Sequence record: SRR22947727_1410
Direction: 5' to 3' (one strand)
Length of the DNA: 40,983 nt
Each line of letters opens with the position of its first letter. Position 1 is the first letter of the stretch. The notes under the pieces were generated by a model that had not been told where the DNA came from, did not search any database, and saw only the letters and a list, made by a program, of their open reading frames with translations. The position numbers and the translations under genes were made by a program. Of this stretch, positions 20,586 to 29,841 are shown piece by piece.

Positions 20586-21377
20586 ATGAAACACTTAACA
20601 GACTCAGTAAAACCTTTAGATGGAACGGTCGGCAAAGCGTTGGTGATGCTTGATCTTGTTGCAAGCTTTGAACGGCCAGTTCGGTTTTCTGAAATCCTTT
20701 CCAAAAGCGCCTATCCCAAAGCCACCGTATATCGGCTATTACAAACGCTCTCAAACCAATCAATGCTGGATTATAATGCGCAAACTGCGACTTATATTCC
20801 TGGAATTCGTTTGGTGCGCCTCGCCCATTCGGCATGGCGGCAAAGCGCCCTTGCGCCCATTGCACGCCCGATTTTAGACGATTTGGCAGATGCCTTGGGT
20901 GAAACCCTGCATCTTGCGCAAATGGATGATGGACACGTGCTTTATGTTGATAAGCGCAACGCGGAAAAACCGGTTGAGATGTTCAGCTCAGCGGGCAAAA
21001 CAGGCCCTGGCTATTGTACAGGTGTTGGCAAGGCCCTATTGGCGTTTATGCCCGAAAAAGAACAAGCAAGAGCATTAATGCGCCAATCTTTCCACAAGTA
21101 TACAGCCGCCACTTTAGCCGATTTGCCGGCCCTTAAAGCGGAACTCTTAGAGATCGCATCTATCGGAATGGCCTTTGATCGCGAAGAGCATGAGCCTGGA
21201 ATCATTTGCGTGGCAGTGCCGATTTTGAACGGTCTTAACCACGCAATAGGAGCCCTGTCGCTCACATCAACCACTTCCCATCATTCTCTTTCAAGCATCG
21301 AACGTTTCGCGCCAAAACTTCAAGAGGCTGCCAGAAAAATTTCTGACGCCGCTAAAAATTGGCAATTCCCAACTTAA
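20586..21377 (+). CDS. IclR family transcriptional regulator
   Basis: HTH PKATVYRLLQTL, GETLHLA, YCTGVGKALLA and DREEHEPGIICVAVPI. Confidence 0.93.
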   Translation: MKHLTDSVKPLDGTVGKALVMLDLVASFERPVRFSEILSKSAYPKATVYRLLQTLSNQSMLDYNAQTATYIPGIRLVRLAHSAWRQSALAPIARPILDDLADALGETLHLAQMDDGHVLYVDKRNAEKPVEMFSSAGKTGPGYCTGVGKALLAFMPEKEQARALMRQSFHKYTAATLADLPALKAELLEIASIGMAFDREEHEPGIICVAVPILNGLNHAIGALSLTSTTSHHSLSSIERFAPKLQEAARKISDAAKNWQFPT

Positions 21378-21387
21378 AGGAAATCTT

Positions 21388-22449
21388 ATGTCTCGGGTAG
21401 CTTTAACCAATGTCAAAAAACAATACGGTGATTTAGAGGTTATTCATGGCATAGATTTATCAATCGATGAGGGGGAGTTTTGCGTTTTCGTTGGCCCCTC
21501 AGGTTGTGGGAAATCGACTTTGCTGCGAATGATTGCGGGGCTTGAAGAAACCACAGCTGGTCAGATTGCTATCGGAGATCGCGATGTCACCAAAAGCGAT
21601 CCAGCCGCGCGCGGCGTTGCTATGGTATTTCAAAGTTACGCGCTTTACCCTCATATGACAGTCGCTGAAAATATGGGGTTTGGGTTAAAGATGACCGGTC
21701 ACCCAAAGGCGGAAATCACGGCAAAAGTCGCCGAAGCCAGCAGAATTCTAAAGCTGAATGATTACTTGGATCGAAAACCCAAAGCATTGTCGGGCGGTCA
21801 GCGGCAACGCGTGGCGATTGGGCGGGCCATCGTGCGCGGCCCTGAAGTGTTTTTATTTGACGAACCTTTGTCAAATCTCGACGCCGAATTGCGCGTTGAT
21901 ATGCGCGTGGAAATCGCGCGATTACATAAAGAAATTGGGGCCACGATGATCTATGTGACGCATGATCAAGTCGAGGCTATGACCTTAGCGGATAAAATCG
22001 TTGTGTTGCGTGCGGGTGTTATCGAACAAGTGGGCGCCCCCATGGCGCTTTACCACGATCCAGCAAATAAATTTGTTGCTGGCTTTATCGGCTCTCCGGC
22101 AATGAATTTTTTAAAAGGCCGCGTCGAAAACAACAAAATTTTTCTATCCGCCATCTCGTCAGCCCCGATTGAGCCTGACGTGGCTTTGCCATCTAATTTG
22201 CGCGAAATTCTTGTTGGCATTCGCCCGCAAAATCTATCTATTGACGAAGCCGGAAATGGCCTGTCTGTCAACGTGCATGAGCGGCTAGGAGGTGTGAATT
22301 ACAGCTATTTAATGGCACCAACGGGCGAACGTATTATTGTTGAAAGCAAGGGGGATGTTGCCCTGCCCATGGGCAGCGATGTTGCCGTTCACTTTGACCC
22401 CAATCAGCTTTTGTTCTTTGATCCAAAAACTGAGCAACGGCTAAAGTAA
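21388..22449 (+). CDS. Carbohydrate ABC transporter ATP-binding protein (MalK/UgpC type)
   Basis: Walker A GPSGCGKST, LSGGQRQR, FLFDEPLSNLD and VTHDQVEAM. Confidence 0.95.
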   Translation: MSRVALTNVKKQYGDLEVIHGIDLSIDEGEFCVFVGPSGCGKSTLLRMIAGLEETTAGQIAIGDRDVTKSDPAARGVAMVFQSYALYPHMTVAENMGFGLKMTGHPKAEITAKVAEASRILKLNDYLDRKPKALSGGQRQRVAIGRAIVRGPEVFLFDEPLSNLDAELRVDMRVEIARLHKEIGATMIYVTHDQVEAMTLADKIVVLRAGVIEQVGAPMALYHDPANKFVAGFIGSPAMNFLKGRVENNKIFLSAISSAPIEPDVALPSNLREILVGIRPQNLSIDEAGNGLSVNVHERLGGVNYSYLMAPTGERIIVESKGDVALPMGSDVAVHFDPNQLLFFDPKTEQRLK

Positions 22450-22537
22450 CATTTAACGCTTACCCCAAAACTCACCAATGTGCCGTATTTAGCTTTTTAA
22501 TCGCTCTTGTCGGAATACGACCCCCAAAAGGTTGCTT

Positions 22538-23488
22538 TTACTTGGCCAAACGCGCCAAACGCGCGGCGCGCAAGCGTTGAAAATCATCTCCTGCATGATA
22601 GGAAGAGCGGGTTAAAGGGGTTGCTGAAACCATTAAAAACCCTTTGCCATAAGCCGCTTTTTCATAGGCTACAAATTCATCCGGGTGCACAAATCGATCC
22701 ACCGCATGATGTTTTGGCGTGGGTTGCAGATATTGCCCAATGGTCAAAAAATCCACATCCGCGGCGCGCAAATCATCCATCACTTGCGAAACAGATTGTC
22801 GATTTTCTCCAAGCCCAACCATGATGCCGGATTTTGTAAACATCGAAGGATCAAGTTCTTTGACCCGTTGCAAAAGCCTCAAAGAATGAAAATAGCGTGC
22901 GCCGGGGCGTACTTCTGGGTACAATCCGGGCACGGTTTCCAAATTGTGATTAAACACATCCGGGCGTGCAGCCACCACCAGCTCAAGCACGGCCGGGTCA
23001 CATTTTAAAAAGTCGGGCGTCAGAATTTCAATCGTGGTTTCAGGGCTTTTGCGCCGGATCGCGCGAATGGTTTGCGCAAAATGTTCCGCCCCGCCATCTT
23101 CCACATCATCGCGATCAACCGATGTAATCACCACATGGTTCAACCCCAATTTAAAGACGGCATCCGCAACTCTGCCTGGCTCAAACACATCTAAAGCTTC
23201 CGGAGGCTTTCCCGTGGCAATATTGCAAAAGCTGCAGGCGCGCGTGCACACTTCGCCCATAATCATCATGGTAGCGTGGCCTTGGCTCCAACATTCGCCA
23301 ACATTTGGGCAGCCTGCTTCTTCGCATACCGTTACCAAATTATGCTCGCGCATAATATCGCGCGTAGCCTTATAGCCTTCGGAGACCGGTGCCTTCACCC
23401 TAATCCAATCGGGTTTTTTGGGCTGCCGGTTGTCTGGCTTATGAGCTTTTTCTGGATGCCGGTCTTGAGGCAGTTTTAGATCACGCAC
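22538..23488 (-). CDS. lipA: Lipoyl synthase
   Basis: Motifs [12 protein letters not shown], radical [11 protein letters not shown] and RSSYHA. Confidence 0.97.
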   Translation of the reverse strand: MRDLKLPQDRHPEKAHKPDNRQPKKPDWIRVKAPVSEGYKATRDIMREHNLVTVCEEAGCPNVGECWSQGHATMMIMGEVCTRACSFCNIATGKPPEALDVFEPGRVADAVFKLGLNHVVITSVDRDDVEDGGAEHFAQTIRAIRRKSPETTIEILTPDFLKCDPAVLELVVAARPDVFNHNLETVPGLYPEVRPGARYFHSLRLLQRVKELDPSMFTKSGIMVGLGENRQSVSQVMDDLRAADVDFLTIGQYLQPTPKHHAVDRFVHPDEFVAYEKAAYGKGFLMVSATPLTRSSYHAGDDFQRLRAARLARLAK

Positions 23489-23638
23489 TGGTATTCACCC
23501 TCTTGTTTTATGCAACATAGCAGAACTGGCGCAAGCTCCAAGGGGCGCTTACGCATTTCCGCTATGATCTGGATGAAACACTTTGCCACAGCTCAAACTG
23601 GACGCGCGCTGCATTTTTAAAACAGAAACAGGTAAATA

Positions 23639-24223
23639 TTAACCTATGCGACCATTCTCAACGCCAATATGGCTTTCATAATAACGCTTTAGCCGCTGCA
23701 AAGCGATGCGCAAGACGACTTTACCCGAACGCGCCGACCAGCCTAAAGATTGCTCACTCAGCTCAAGACCGTCTAGATAACAACAGCAGCGTAGCGAAAT
23801 ATCTGATAATTCGGGCCCGAGGTCGCGCAAGGTGGCCGCCACCCGTTCAATCAGCAGTTGTTGCCTTTCATTGCCCCCTGAAAGCACAGTACCGGATGCG
23901 CAGCGCAACCAATCCTCACGGGTAAAACCGTCGGGGCGCACGGTCTGTGCAATTTCAAAATCATCATGAAACCGGTTGCCTGCATCCACCAATGCGCGCG
24001 TTAAAAAATATGAACCATCTTTATTGCGGCGTCTAGCCAACGTCATCAACGGAGTTTCCGGTGATCCTTTGAAAACGGGTTCTGTTTCGAGCGCGGGATT
24101 GGGGCGCGGCTGAAAGGCTTGAGGCGCTTCGGCGCATTCGGTTTGAGCCTGCAGATTTGATGCTAAAACATAACGCGATAAGCGACCTGCGGAAACACAA
24201 TGCAGCGTTCCGTTTGCGATCAT
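23639..24223 (-). CDS. gafA: C-terminal part of a GafA-like gene transfer agent activator (DUF6456 type)
   Basis: Motifs PLMTLARRRNKDG and LRCCCYLDGLE..GWSARSGKVVLRIALQRL, in the lipA-guaA interval known for gafA. Confidence 0.75.
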   Translation of the reverse strand: MIANGTLHCVSAGRLSRYVLASNLQAQTECAEAPQAFQPRPNPALETEPVFKGSPETPLMTLARRRNKDGSYFLTRALVDAGNRFHDDFEIAQTVRPDGFTREDWLRCASGTVLSGGNERQQLLIERVAATLRDLGPELSDISLRCCCYLDGLELSEQSLGWSARSGKVVLRIALQRLKRYYESHIGVENGRIG

Positions 24224-24636
24224 TGACTGCGCGCGCGCGGCACAAGCCCTAATTTCTGAGGTGCGTATTCTGATGAAATCAAGAATATACCAGCCATTTC
24301 AACGTTTTCGGACATCACTAAAACCGCATTTTTTGGTTCTAAAAGGTGCATCACATCCTTATTAAGACTTTGACCCGGCTGGCAGGAAGGCGCAGGATCA
24401 GCCCCCTCGCCCCGCGATGATTTTAACTGAGCCAGTGCGGCTTTTACTTGCGGATCACTCTGCAAGGCTTCGATGCGCCTTATCTGCCTTAAAATTGTAG
24501 AAGCATGACCAGCAGATTTCCGCGCCAGCGCGCGAATGGACAAACCCAGGTGAACATGTGCATCATAATGAAACGCGGCTTTGTCCAGCCAAATTTGGCT
24601 TAATTTACCCCCGCTCGCAGGATGTTTATTGGACAT
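24220..24636 (-). CDS. gafA: N-terminal part of the GafA-like protein (HTH region), out of frame with the C-terminal part; may be a frameshifted pseudogene
   Basis: Motif GLSIRALARKSAGHASTILRQIRRIE; the frame ends just after a (GC)5G run at 24229-24239. Confidence 0.65.
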   Translation of the reverse strand: MSNKHPASGGKLSQIWLDKAAFHYDAHVHLGLSIRALARKSAGHASTILRQIRRIEALQSDPQVKAALAQLKSSRGEGADPAPSCQPGQSLNKDVMHLLEPKNAVLVMSENVEMAGIFLISSEYAPQKLGLVPRARSQ

Positions 24637-24702
24637 TTTTCACAATCCGAAAAATTTAATTAAAATCCTAAGCAACAAAAATATCACTTTAAAGTTGCAC
24701 TT

Positions 24703-24718
24703 GTTAAAGACTTCTTAA
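24703..24718 (-). promoter_or_regulatory. CtrA binding site
   Basis: The minus strand reads TTAA-GAAGTCT-TTAAC, the full TTAA-N7-TTAAC consensus, about 70 bp upstream of the gafA-like start. Confidence 0.7.
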
Positions 24719-24854
24719 AAGCGTCAACGAGCCGAGTTTGTGGCAAAATAATAAAGGCTTTCCCCATACAGAGAACGGGGAAGCAGGGTTTAATTAAGAC
24801 ATTACCGCCAGCTTTCTGATCTTAATTAAGATTAAAATCTAGGCAGCAGCGGAT

Positions 24855-25142
24855 ATGACATTCCACTTACACAGCGTCAAACGGCCAAAAATACTGATCA
24901 ATGCAGCGAATCTGGGCCTTGAAACCTACAACCGGGCCGCATGCTTGAGCTCATTTTTTGCGCTAAGCATGCACCAACATCCCGCACAGATTTTAAGATC
25001 CTTGATCGATAAAGAGGGCCAGTTAAACAAGATGCGCCTGCAGCAGCATGTTCAGTATAACATAGCCTTGCACGTTACTGTTCTAACGGCCTTGATTGCC
25101 GAAACAAAAGAAATTGAAAGGGCCGACAAGCAACCTATTTAA
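24855..25142 (+). CDS. Small DUF6477-type protein (GafB-like), divergent from gafA
   Basis: Motifs KRPKILINAA and YNIALHVTVLTALIAE; its position matches the usual gafA partner gene. Confidence 0.7.
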   Translation: MTFHLHSVKRPKILINAANLGLETYNRAACLSSFFALSMHQHPAQILRSLIDKEGQLNKMRLQQHVQYNIALHVTVLTALIAETKEIERADKQPI

Positions 25143-26683
25143 ACGAAACTGTCCGGCATTTCTGATTTACGCTTCACTACAAACGCCTCCAAAGCTTGCT
25201 TTACCGCGATGTCCATTTCGGGTTCTCGGTAATTGTTCAACAGGGTCGCCACACGCGTTGAGGCCAGCTGCATCGTATCTTTGGCACCTTCTTCTTCCCA
25301 TGTTTCGAACGGCTTATAGTCAAAGGCTTCGCTGCGCCAGAAAGATTCCTTAAAGTTTCGCTGCGTATGCGCGCATCCAAGGTAATGACCACCAGGGCCC
25401 ACTTCCCGGATTGCGTCTAACGCTTGCGCGTCTTCGTCAATTTGCACGCCCCGCGCCAAATGATGCAACACGCCCAATTGATCTGCATCCATTACAAATT
25501 TCTCAAAAGACGATACCAGCCCCCCTTCTAACCAGCCGCAGGAATGGAGCATAAAATTCACCCCACCCATCAAGGCCGCGTTTAACGTATTTGAGGTTTC
25601 ATAAGCCGCTTGAGCATCGGGCAGTTTAGACCCGCAGAGCCCCCCGCCGGAGCGGAAAGGCAAGCCAAGGCGCCGCGCCAATTGCCCTGCCCCGTAAAGG
25701 ATATGGCTGGCCTCTGGGGTTCCAAAGGTGGGAGCGCCAGAATTCATGTCAATTGAGGCCACAAAAGCGCCAAAAATCACCGGAGCTCCGGGCTTAAGCA
25801 GCTGAGAATACGCAATACCCGCCAAGACTTCAGCCAAGACCTGCGTCAAGGTTCCCGCCACCGAAACCGGTGCCATCGCGCCGCCAACAATAAAGGGCGA
25901 AATAATGCAGGCTTGATTGTTGCGCGCATAAACCTCTAACGCACCCATCATTACATCATCAAATGTCATCGGAGAATTGATGTTGATCAAGGATGTCATC
26001 ACCGTATTGTTCTGCACAAACTCATCGCCAAAAAGGATGCTGCACATATCCACGCTATCTTGCGCGCGGCTGGGCTCGGTGACCGACCCCATGAACGGTT
26101 TATCCGATAGCGTCATATGCGCCAGAAGCATATCTAAATGGCGTTTGTTCACGGGAATATCGGTCGGCTCGCACAGCGTTCCCCCCGAGTGATGCAACCA
26201 TTTGGACATATAGCCAAGCTTTACAAATTTCTTAAAGTCATCAATCGTTGCATAGCGGCGACCACCTTCTAAGTCGCGCACAAAAGGCGGCCCGTAAACT
26301 GGCGCGCAGACCAAAGACTTACCTCCAATCTCAACATTGCGTTCAGCATTCCGAGCATGTTGGGTGAACCGGTTTGGAGCCGTGGCGCATAGTTTTTTTG
26401 CCAAACCACGCGGGATCCGCACCCGCTCTTCTTCTACGCTCGCCCCCGCCGCTCGCCAGCGCTCTAGGGCGGCAGGATTGTTAACAAAGTTTACCCCTAC
26501 CTCTTCCAGCATAAGCTCGGCATTGGCTTCAATAATTTCCAAAGCCTCTTCGCTCAACAGGTCGAAATTCGGGATATTGCGTTCAATATATTTTGCAGTC
26601 TCGATCTTGATGGAGGTGCGCTCTGCGCGGCGGGCTGCTCCCCCGCCTCCTCGCGAACGCCGACCTGTAGAGAGTTCCGCCAT
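25139..26683 (-). CDS. Trimethylamine methyltransferase (MttB) family protein, non-pyrrolysine
   Basis: Motifs APVYGPPFV, EPTDIP, GAPTFGTPE, SKLPDAQAAYE and GPGGHYLG; no in-frame TAG. Start set at MAELSTGRR. Confidence 0.9.
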   Translation of the reverse strand: MAELSTGRRSRGGGGAARRAERTSIKIETAKYIERNIPNFDLLSEEALEIIEANAELMLEEVGVNFVNNPAALERWRAAGASVEEERVRIPRGLAKKLCATAPNRFTQHARNAERNVEIGGKSLVCAPVYGPPFVRDLEGGRRYATIDDFKKFVKLGYMSKWLHHSGGTLCEPTDIPVNKRHLDMLLAHMTLSDKPFMGSVTEPSRAQDSVDMCSILFGDEFVQNNTVMTSLININSPMTFDDVMMGALEVYARNNQACIISPFIVGGAMAPVSVAGTLTQVLAEVLAGIAYSQLLKPGAPVIFGAFVASIDMNSGAPTFGTPEASHILYGAGQLARRLGLPFRSGGGLCGSKLPDAQAAYETSNTLNAALMGGVNFMLHSCGWLEGGLVSSFEKFVMDADQLGVLHHLARGVQIDEDAQALDAIREVGPGGHYLGCAHTQRNFKESFWRSEAFDYKPFETWEEEGAKDTMQLASTRVATLLNNYREPEMDIAVKQALEAFVVKRKSEMPDSFV

Positions 26684-26885
26684 GCTTTGACCTTTCTTGA
26701 AACTGCAAACACTAAGTATTTCCGCGTATGATCTATGTTGCATCCCAATTCTGCCTTCGCCAAATAACGGCTCTTAAGCATTAAAAGCGACATGGGGATT
26801 GCTTTCTTCCTTCAAACCGACATTTGACCTGTTTTCAGCACCGCGACCACTTGCACCTGACGGCGTGGCGTTTTACCAGTCACAA

Positions 26886-28448
26886 ATGGAACACCAGCAT
26901 CACGAACGCCTGTTAATCATCGACTTTGGCAGTCAGGTAACGCAATTGATTGCCCGCCGCTTGCGCGAGTTAAACGTCTATTGTGAAATTCACCCATATC
27001 AAAATATCTCAGACGCCTTTTTAAGTGCCTTTGCACCGCGTGCCGTGATATTTTCTGGGGGGCCAGCCTCGGTCTTTGATGCGGGGGCTCCGCGTCCACC
27101 ACTTTCTGTCTATGAGCTTGGAGTGCCCATTTTGGGAATATGTTATGGCCAGCAGGTTATGATGGATATGTTGGGTGGTAGGGTCGAGCGCGGTCATAAA
27201 ACGGCAGAATTTGGCCGCGCCTATGTGTCTCAAACAGGCGATGAGCTGGATCTATTACAGGGATGGTTTGCGCAAGAGCGCGAGCAAGTCTGGATGTCGC
27301 ATGGGGATCATGTCAGCGCGATCGCTCCGGGGTTTAGCGTCTATGGAACCTCGCCAAACGCGCCATTTGCGATCACCGCAAATCTCGAGAAACAATTTTA
27401 TGCGGTCCAGTTTCACCCAGAGGTACACCATACGCCAAACGGCGCTATGCTTTATGAAAATTTTGTAAAAATTGCTGGGTTTTCAGGCGATTGGACGATG
27501 GGCGCATATCGCGAACAAGCCTTGGAGGCGATCAGAAAGCAAGTTGGCGACAAAAAAGTGATTTGCGGATTATCTGGGGGTGTCGACAGTTCGGTGGCTG
27601 CCGTTTTGATCCATGAGGCGATTGGCGATCAGCTCACCTGCGTGTTCGTAGACCACGGCTTGCTGCGAAAAGAGGAAGCCACGGAGGTGGTTGCGATGTT
27701 TCGGGATCACTACAACATGCCCTTCATCCACGCCCAAGAATCCGAGCTGTTTCTTGGCGCCTTAGACGGGCAATCCGACCCTGAAACCAAGCGTAAAATC
27801 ATTGGCGGCTTGTTTATCGACGTGTTTCAAAAATATGCAGATCAAATTGAGGGCGCAGAATTTTTAGCACAGGGCACGCTTTATCCGGATGTGATCGAAT
27901 CTGTATCCTTTAGCGGTGGCCCATCGGTGACGATAAAATCACATCATAATGTTGGCGGACTTCCCGAGAAAATGGGCTTGAAACTTGTGGAACCGCTGAG
28001 AGAGCTATTTAAGGATGAGGTGCGCGCCCTGGGCCGCGAACTTGGATTGCCCGACAGCTTTATCGGGCGGCATCCCTTCCCAGGGCCCGGCCTGGCCATT
28101 CGCTGCCCTGGTGAGATCACCCGCGCTAAACTGGATATTCTAAGGGAAGCTGACGCGGTCTATATTGATCAAATTCGCAAACACGGCCTATATGATCACA
28201 TCTGGCAGGCCTTCGTGGCGATTTTGCCAGTGCGCACGGTTGGCGTGATGGGGGATGGACGCACCTATGATTATGCCTGCGCGCTGCGTGCTGTCACCTC
28301 GGTGGATGGTATGACGGCCGATTATTATCCATTTTCTCATGAGTTTCTGGGCGAAACCGCAACGCGAATTATCAATGAGGTCGAAGGCATCAATCGGGTG
28401 ACCTATGATATCACATCAAAGCCACCAGGAACGATTGAGTGGGAATGA
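26886..28448 (+). CDS. guaA: GMP synthase (glutamine-hydrolysing)
   Basis: Motifs [33 protein letters not shown] and C-terminal KPPGTIEWE. Confidence 0.98.
   Translation: MEHQHHERLLIIDFGSQVTQLIARRLRELNVYCEIHPYQNISDAFLSAFAPRAVIFSGGPASVFDAGAPRPPLSVYELGVPILGICYGQQVMMDMLGGRVERGHKTAEFGRAYVSQTGDELDLLQGWFAQEREQVWMSHGDHVSAIAPGFSVYGTSPNAPFAITANLEKQFYAVQFHPEVHHTPNGAMLYENFVKIAGFSGDWTMGAYREQALEAIRKQVGDKKVICGLSGGVDSSVAAVLIHEAIGDQLTCVFVDHGLLRKEEATEVVAMFRDHYNMPFIHAQESELFLGALDGQSDPETKRKIIGGLFIDVFQKYADQIEGAEFLAQGTLYPDVIESVSFSGGPSVTIKSHHNVGGLPEKMGLKLVEPLRELFKDEVRALGRELGLPDSFIGRHPFPGPGLAIRCPGEITRAKLDILREADAVYIDQIRKHGLYDHIWQAFVAILPVRTVGVMGDGRTYDYACALRAVTSVDGMTADYYPFSHEFLGETATRIINEVEGINRVTYDITSKPPGTIEWE
28428..28448 (+). 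repeat. att direct repeat copy 1 (3' end of guaA)
   Basis: GGAACGATTGAGTGGGAATGA; 19/21 identical to copies 2 and 3, with the last 15 nt identical. Confidence 0.92.
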
Positions 28449-28628
28449 AGATAGCATCTTAAGTATCTGTTATTATTATATATTATTAATTTACGCTAAT
28501 AAAATCCAAGAACTAAGTAACTGTTTTTAAATAAGAAATAATATTAACTTGCAAACTTTTATACAAAATAATAGCACTATTACATTTCATAGATTAGGGA
28601 TGAATTTAAGAGTGAGGAGCATCATGAA

Positions 28629-29339
28629 ATGAAGACAGTTTTTATTACAGGAACCAATAAAGGATTAGGACTTGAGTTTACAAAGCAGTACTTAAATGAA
28701 GGCTGGAACGTAATTGCTACTTGCCGTTCACCTACTACGGCTACAGATTTATTATCGCTTAGCAAGAAGCATCCAAATAGCCTGACAATTTTGAGCATGG
28801 ATTTAACAAACGAGGCGTCGATTGAACAAATTAGCGAAGAAATTAAAGAACGCCCCATCGATATATTTATAAGTAATGCCGGAACAGCAACAGGTTATAC
28901 ATCTGGAGCGAATTTAAATGATTTTGGAAATGTTCAATCTGAGCCATGGGTAAATATTTTCCGCACAAATTGCGTTGCACCTTTGCTTTTAGCACAGGTT
29001 GTTCACCCAAATATTTTATTGGGCTCAGACAAGAAATTAATTTTCATCACGTCTAAGCCAGCTTCCATAACTGAGAATACGGGCGGCGCACTTTATATGA
29101 ACCGCTCAAGCAGAACGGCGCTTAACCAAGTAATAAAATCACTGTCTATAGATTTATACGAAGAAGGAATCGCTGTTGCATCAGTTAGTCCAGGTTGGGT
29201 GAAAACAGACTCTGGCGGTGACGGTGCTTTAATCGATGCTGAGACTAGTGTGAGCGGTATTAAAAAGGTGATTGAAGAACTTGATATGAGCCAAACAGCT
29301 CTGTACTGCGATTACAAGGGTGAAGCAATCTCTTGGTGA
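28629..29339 (+). CDS. SDR family oxidoreductase (CsgA/C-factor-like) with atypical active-site motif
   Basis: Motifs TGTNKGLG, ISNAG and SPGWVKTD; NRSSR occupies the YxxxK position. It has a GAGGAG RBS. Confidence 0.88.
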   Translation: MKTVFITGTNKGLGLEFTKQYLNEGWNVIATCRSPTTATDLLSLSKKHPNSLTILSMDLTNEASIEQISEEIKERPIDIFISNAGTATGYTSGANLNDFGNVQSEPWVNIFRTNCVAPLLLAQVVHPNILLGSDKKLIFITSKPASITENTGGALYMNRSSRTALNQVIKSLSIDLYEEGIAVASVSPGWVKTDSGGDGALIDAETSVSGIKKVIEELDMSQTALYCDYKGEAISW

Positions 29340-29343
29340 GTAC

Positions 29344-29376
29344 GTTAAAAGTTTTCGTTTACTTAAAACTTTTAAC
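29344..29376. terminator. 12-bp inverted repeat after the cassette 1 gene
   Basis: GTTAAAAGTTTT-N9-AAAACTTTTAAC. It is AT-rich, so a terminator role is uncertain. The right arm recurs at 30725-30736 in cassette 2. Confidence 0.4.
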
Positions 29377-29461
29377 TCTCAATCTTGCACAGAATGTAAG
29401 ATGAGTGAACTTAACCGCTTGTTATTATTGGATTGTAATAGTTGCAGGCTTCACCTTAAAC

Positions 29462-29489
29462 TTGCATAATGTTGCATAATGTTGCATAA
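29462..29489 (+). repeat. 10-bp tandem repeat, about 2.8 copies of TTGCATAATG
   Basis: TTGCATAATG TTGCATAATG TTGCATAA, read directly from the sequence. Confidence 0.85.
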
Positions 29490-29539
29490 ACCTTACATAG
29501 TCTCAAAATATTATAATAATATCAATAACTTACATCATC

Positions 29540-29560
29540 GGCACTATTGAGTGGGAATGA
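29540..29560 (+). repeat. att direct repeat copy 2
   Basis: GGCACTATTGAGTGGGAATGA, which also encodes GTIEWE-stop. Confidence 0.92.
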
Positions 29561-29650
29561 CCCAAGATTTTAAGTCATTGTTTTTATTATATTAATTTTA
29601 GTTTAGCTGAGCCCTGGGAAAAGCTAAGCCTATGGTAATAATAGAAAATT

Positions 29651-29679
29651 TTGACAAAAATTTTAAAAAGTTACATAGT
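29651..29679 (+). promoter_or_regulatory. Candidate sigma70 promoter inside cassette 2
   Basis: TTGACA-N17-CATAGT. The AT-rich context lowers its specificity. Confidence 0.4.
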
Positions 29680-29841
29680 TTAGACACTACTAAAAATAAT
29701 AGTGCAAACTTTCAGTATATGTTAACGTTGAATTGTTACAGAACAAGTCCATGAATTGCATTACTAGGCCAATAGTATTATTTTAATTGATTATAAAAAT
29801 TTTTTCTATTTAAATGATCTCACTCTGATAGGAACTTAACT

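Larger units (their letters stand above)
28449..29560. mobile_element. Integrase-less single-gene cassette 1 at the guaA 3' end (1112 bp)
   Basis: AT-rich and bounded by att repeats, with imperfect subterminal inverted repeats at 28460-28480 and 29512-29532 (17/21). Confidence 0.8.

Noticed and set aside
28624-28632. ATG-AAA-TGA minigene overlapping the SDR start
   Set aside because: It is too short to support. The RBS spacing also fits ATG 28629, so it is likely chance.
28449-29560. Cassette 1 considered as an IS or MITE because of its inverted repeats
   Set aside because: There is no transposase, the repeats are subterminal, and the flanking repeat is a gene-end att sequence rather than a short target duplication.
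29512-29591. Junction inverted repeat considered as a classical integron attC
   Set aside because: It lacks RYYYAAC/GTTRRRY ends, the central region is unpaired and no intI is present. It fits an attP-like site better.
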